This document shows positions 62,727 through 64,000 of a stretch of DNA of 64,000 nucleotides, in pieces. Both the position numbers and the translations under genes were made by a program. The stretch comes from Eledone cirrhosa. Taxonomy: Eukaryota. Position 1 is the stretch's first letter. Every line of letters starts with the position of its first letter. The DNA is taken from positions 86,242,001-86,306,000 of the forward strand of contig OZ024742.1 of assembly GCA_964016885.1 (NCBI GenBank), given 5' to 3'. Below the pieces are notes generated by a model. It had not been told where the DNA came from. It was given only the letters and a program-made list of their open reading frames with translations, and ran no database searches.

Positions 62727-63360
62727 TCATATAAAACCGAAATACAGCGGTATTCTAAAAAAAAAAGGGAGGTAACAGAGAGAAATACATGACGAATATT
62801 CTCTACTCCTTGAACCGACATGTACTATATGTATAAATGCCACACATACATACAGGCACATACATAGAAGCACTCATACGTATACCTACACATGCAAACA
62901 AAATTCGATATAATAGCTTAATTTCAAAAAACGATTCCTCAATAAAATATCAGTCATGATTGTATGATATTTCTAACTATATATAATGAAAGTATTATGA
63001 TACCAGCTCTAGTACAATGAAAGCACTAGGTTAGACGTTTATGGAATTAAACAATGACTTAAAGCCATATTCGGAGTGATTTGAAATAATTCTTAATAGA
63101 AATATATATTAAATATGTTATTGAATTTGAGGCAAACATATCATTTACTGAACATGAGTCTTTCTACTACGATATATGAACTGAAGATTTTTGTGCGTCA
63201 TTTGTTGAACAAACCAAACCACTATTCAGCATGAATCAACAATGCTCATCCCGTTGTGGTGTATATGTCAAGTTATGTGTGCAACGTTTCCTTTTATTGT
63301 ATTCAGTATATTATTTCAGGGAATATGAATTGTTTCGAACATATCAACCGAACATATAAT

Positions 63361-63543
63361 TGTTTCTACTTTTGGCACAAGGCCAGCAATATCCCAGTGT
63401 ATTACTGGTACTTTATTTTATTGACCCCGTAAGGATGAAAGGGAAAGTTAACTTCGGCGGCATTTGAACTCAGTCCGTAAAGGGACGTAACTGTGCTGCA
63501 AAGCATGGCGCCCGACCCTCTACCGATACTGCCAATTCACGCC
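63361..63543 (-). mobile_element. Full-length tRNA-derived Meta-domain SINE
   Basis: Reverse complement matches 55129-55307; short TSD (C)ATATAAT on both sides. Confidence 0.92.
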
Positions 63544-63933
63544 ATATAATGAGTATACGTAATTGTACTTACATTCTCAGATTGATTGAGCAGAAATAGA
63601 ATTAATTTCACTCTATCCGTGACCATCTCGTATTTCTCTAAGCATTATTGGTTAGGGTTTGTACTATAATGCAGTTAAATGTGATTTGTGTGCGAGTTAT
63701 CTGTATTTTCTAACATCAGAAACGGCATTGATTCTTGTGTTGTCAAATTTGCAGAACATTTAATTAGTAAAGCTAGTGGAGGATCCGCATAATATTTGGC
63801 ATATTGAAACTATATGAATGTGATATTCCTGGGTTTCGTATGTAATAAATATTCTTAATTATGTGTTTAATATGTATTAAATTCTATTAATTATATTCGG
63901 GCATATCTGAAAAAAAAATCAAATATGTATATT

Positions 63934-64000
63934 TTACGATTGATTAATTCGCACATTACGATTGATTAATTCGCACATTACGATTGATTAATGCGCATAA
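63934..64000. repeat. 22-bp tandem repeat x3 (runs to the window edge)
   Basis: TTACGATTGATTAATTCGCACA at 63934, 63956, 63978. Confidence 0.9.

Overview
AT-rich animal genomic DNA. The repeat content (tRNA/Meta-domain SINE, (TA)n/(ATT)n/(TATG)n microsatellites) suggests an octopus-type cephalopod, which is an inference. No host protein-coding gene is supported, and roughly 7-61.6 kb is almost entirely retroelement. The window splits into two microsatellite-based domains. (1) About 7.2-40.1 kb is a ~33 kb chain of non-LTR retrotransposons, most joined by (ATT)n linkers. It holds seven L1/Tx1-type copies or fragments (at least 3 families; APE-RT-zf ORF2, CCHC ORF1) on +, one possible Tx1-like 5' remnant on -, and four R4/Dong-type RT-RLE copies or fragments on -. 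SINE pieces in the chain have a 3' tail resembling the Tx1 3' end. One Tx1 copy (21388-27286) is full length and nearly intact. (2) About 40.2-61.6 kb is a (TA)n-linked cluster of four Penelope-like elements, two ORF-less hammerhead-ribozyme repeat elements (retrozyme/pLTR-like), a CR1-like LINE, an RTE LINE with three bipartite non-autonomous relatives, and a MITE. Three type I hammerhead motifs with intact cores and two damaged ones can be folded by eye. Twin-priming-type inversions, a rearrangement-prone 3' hairpin and a 53-bp templated patch between two Penelope families are also visible.
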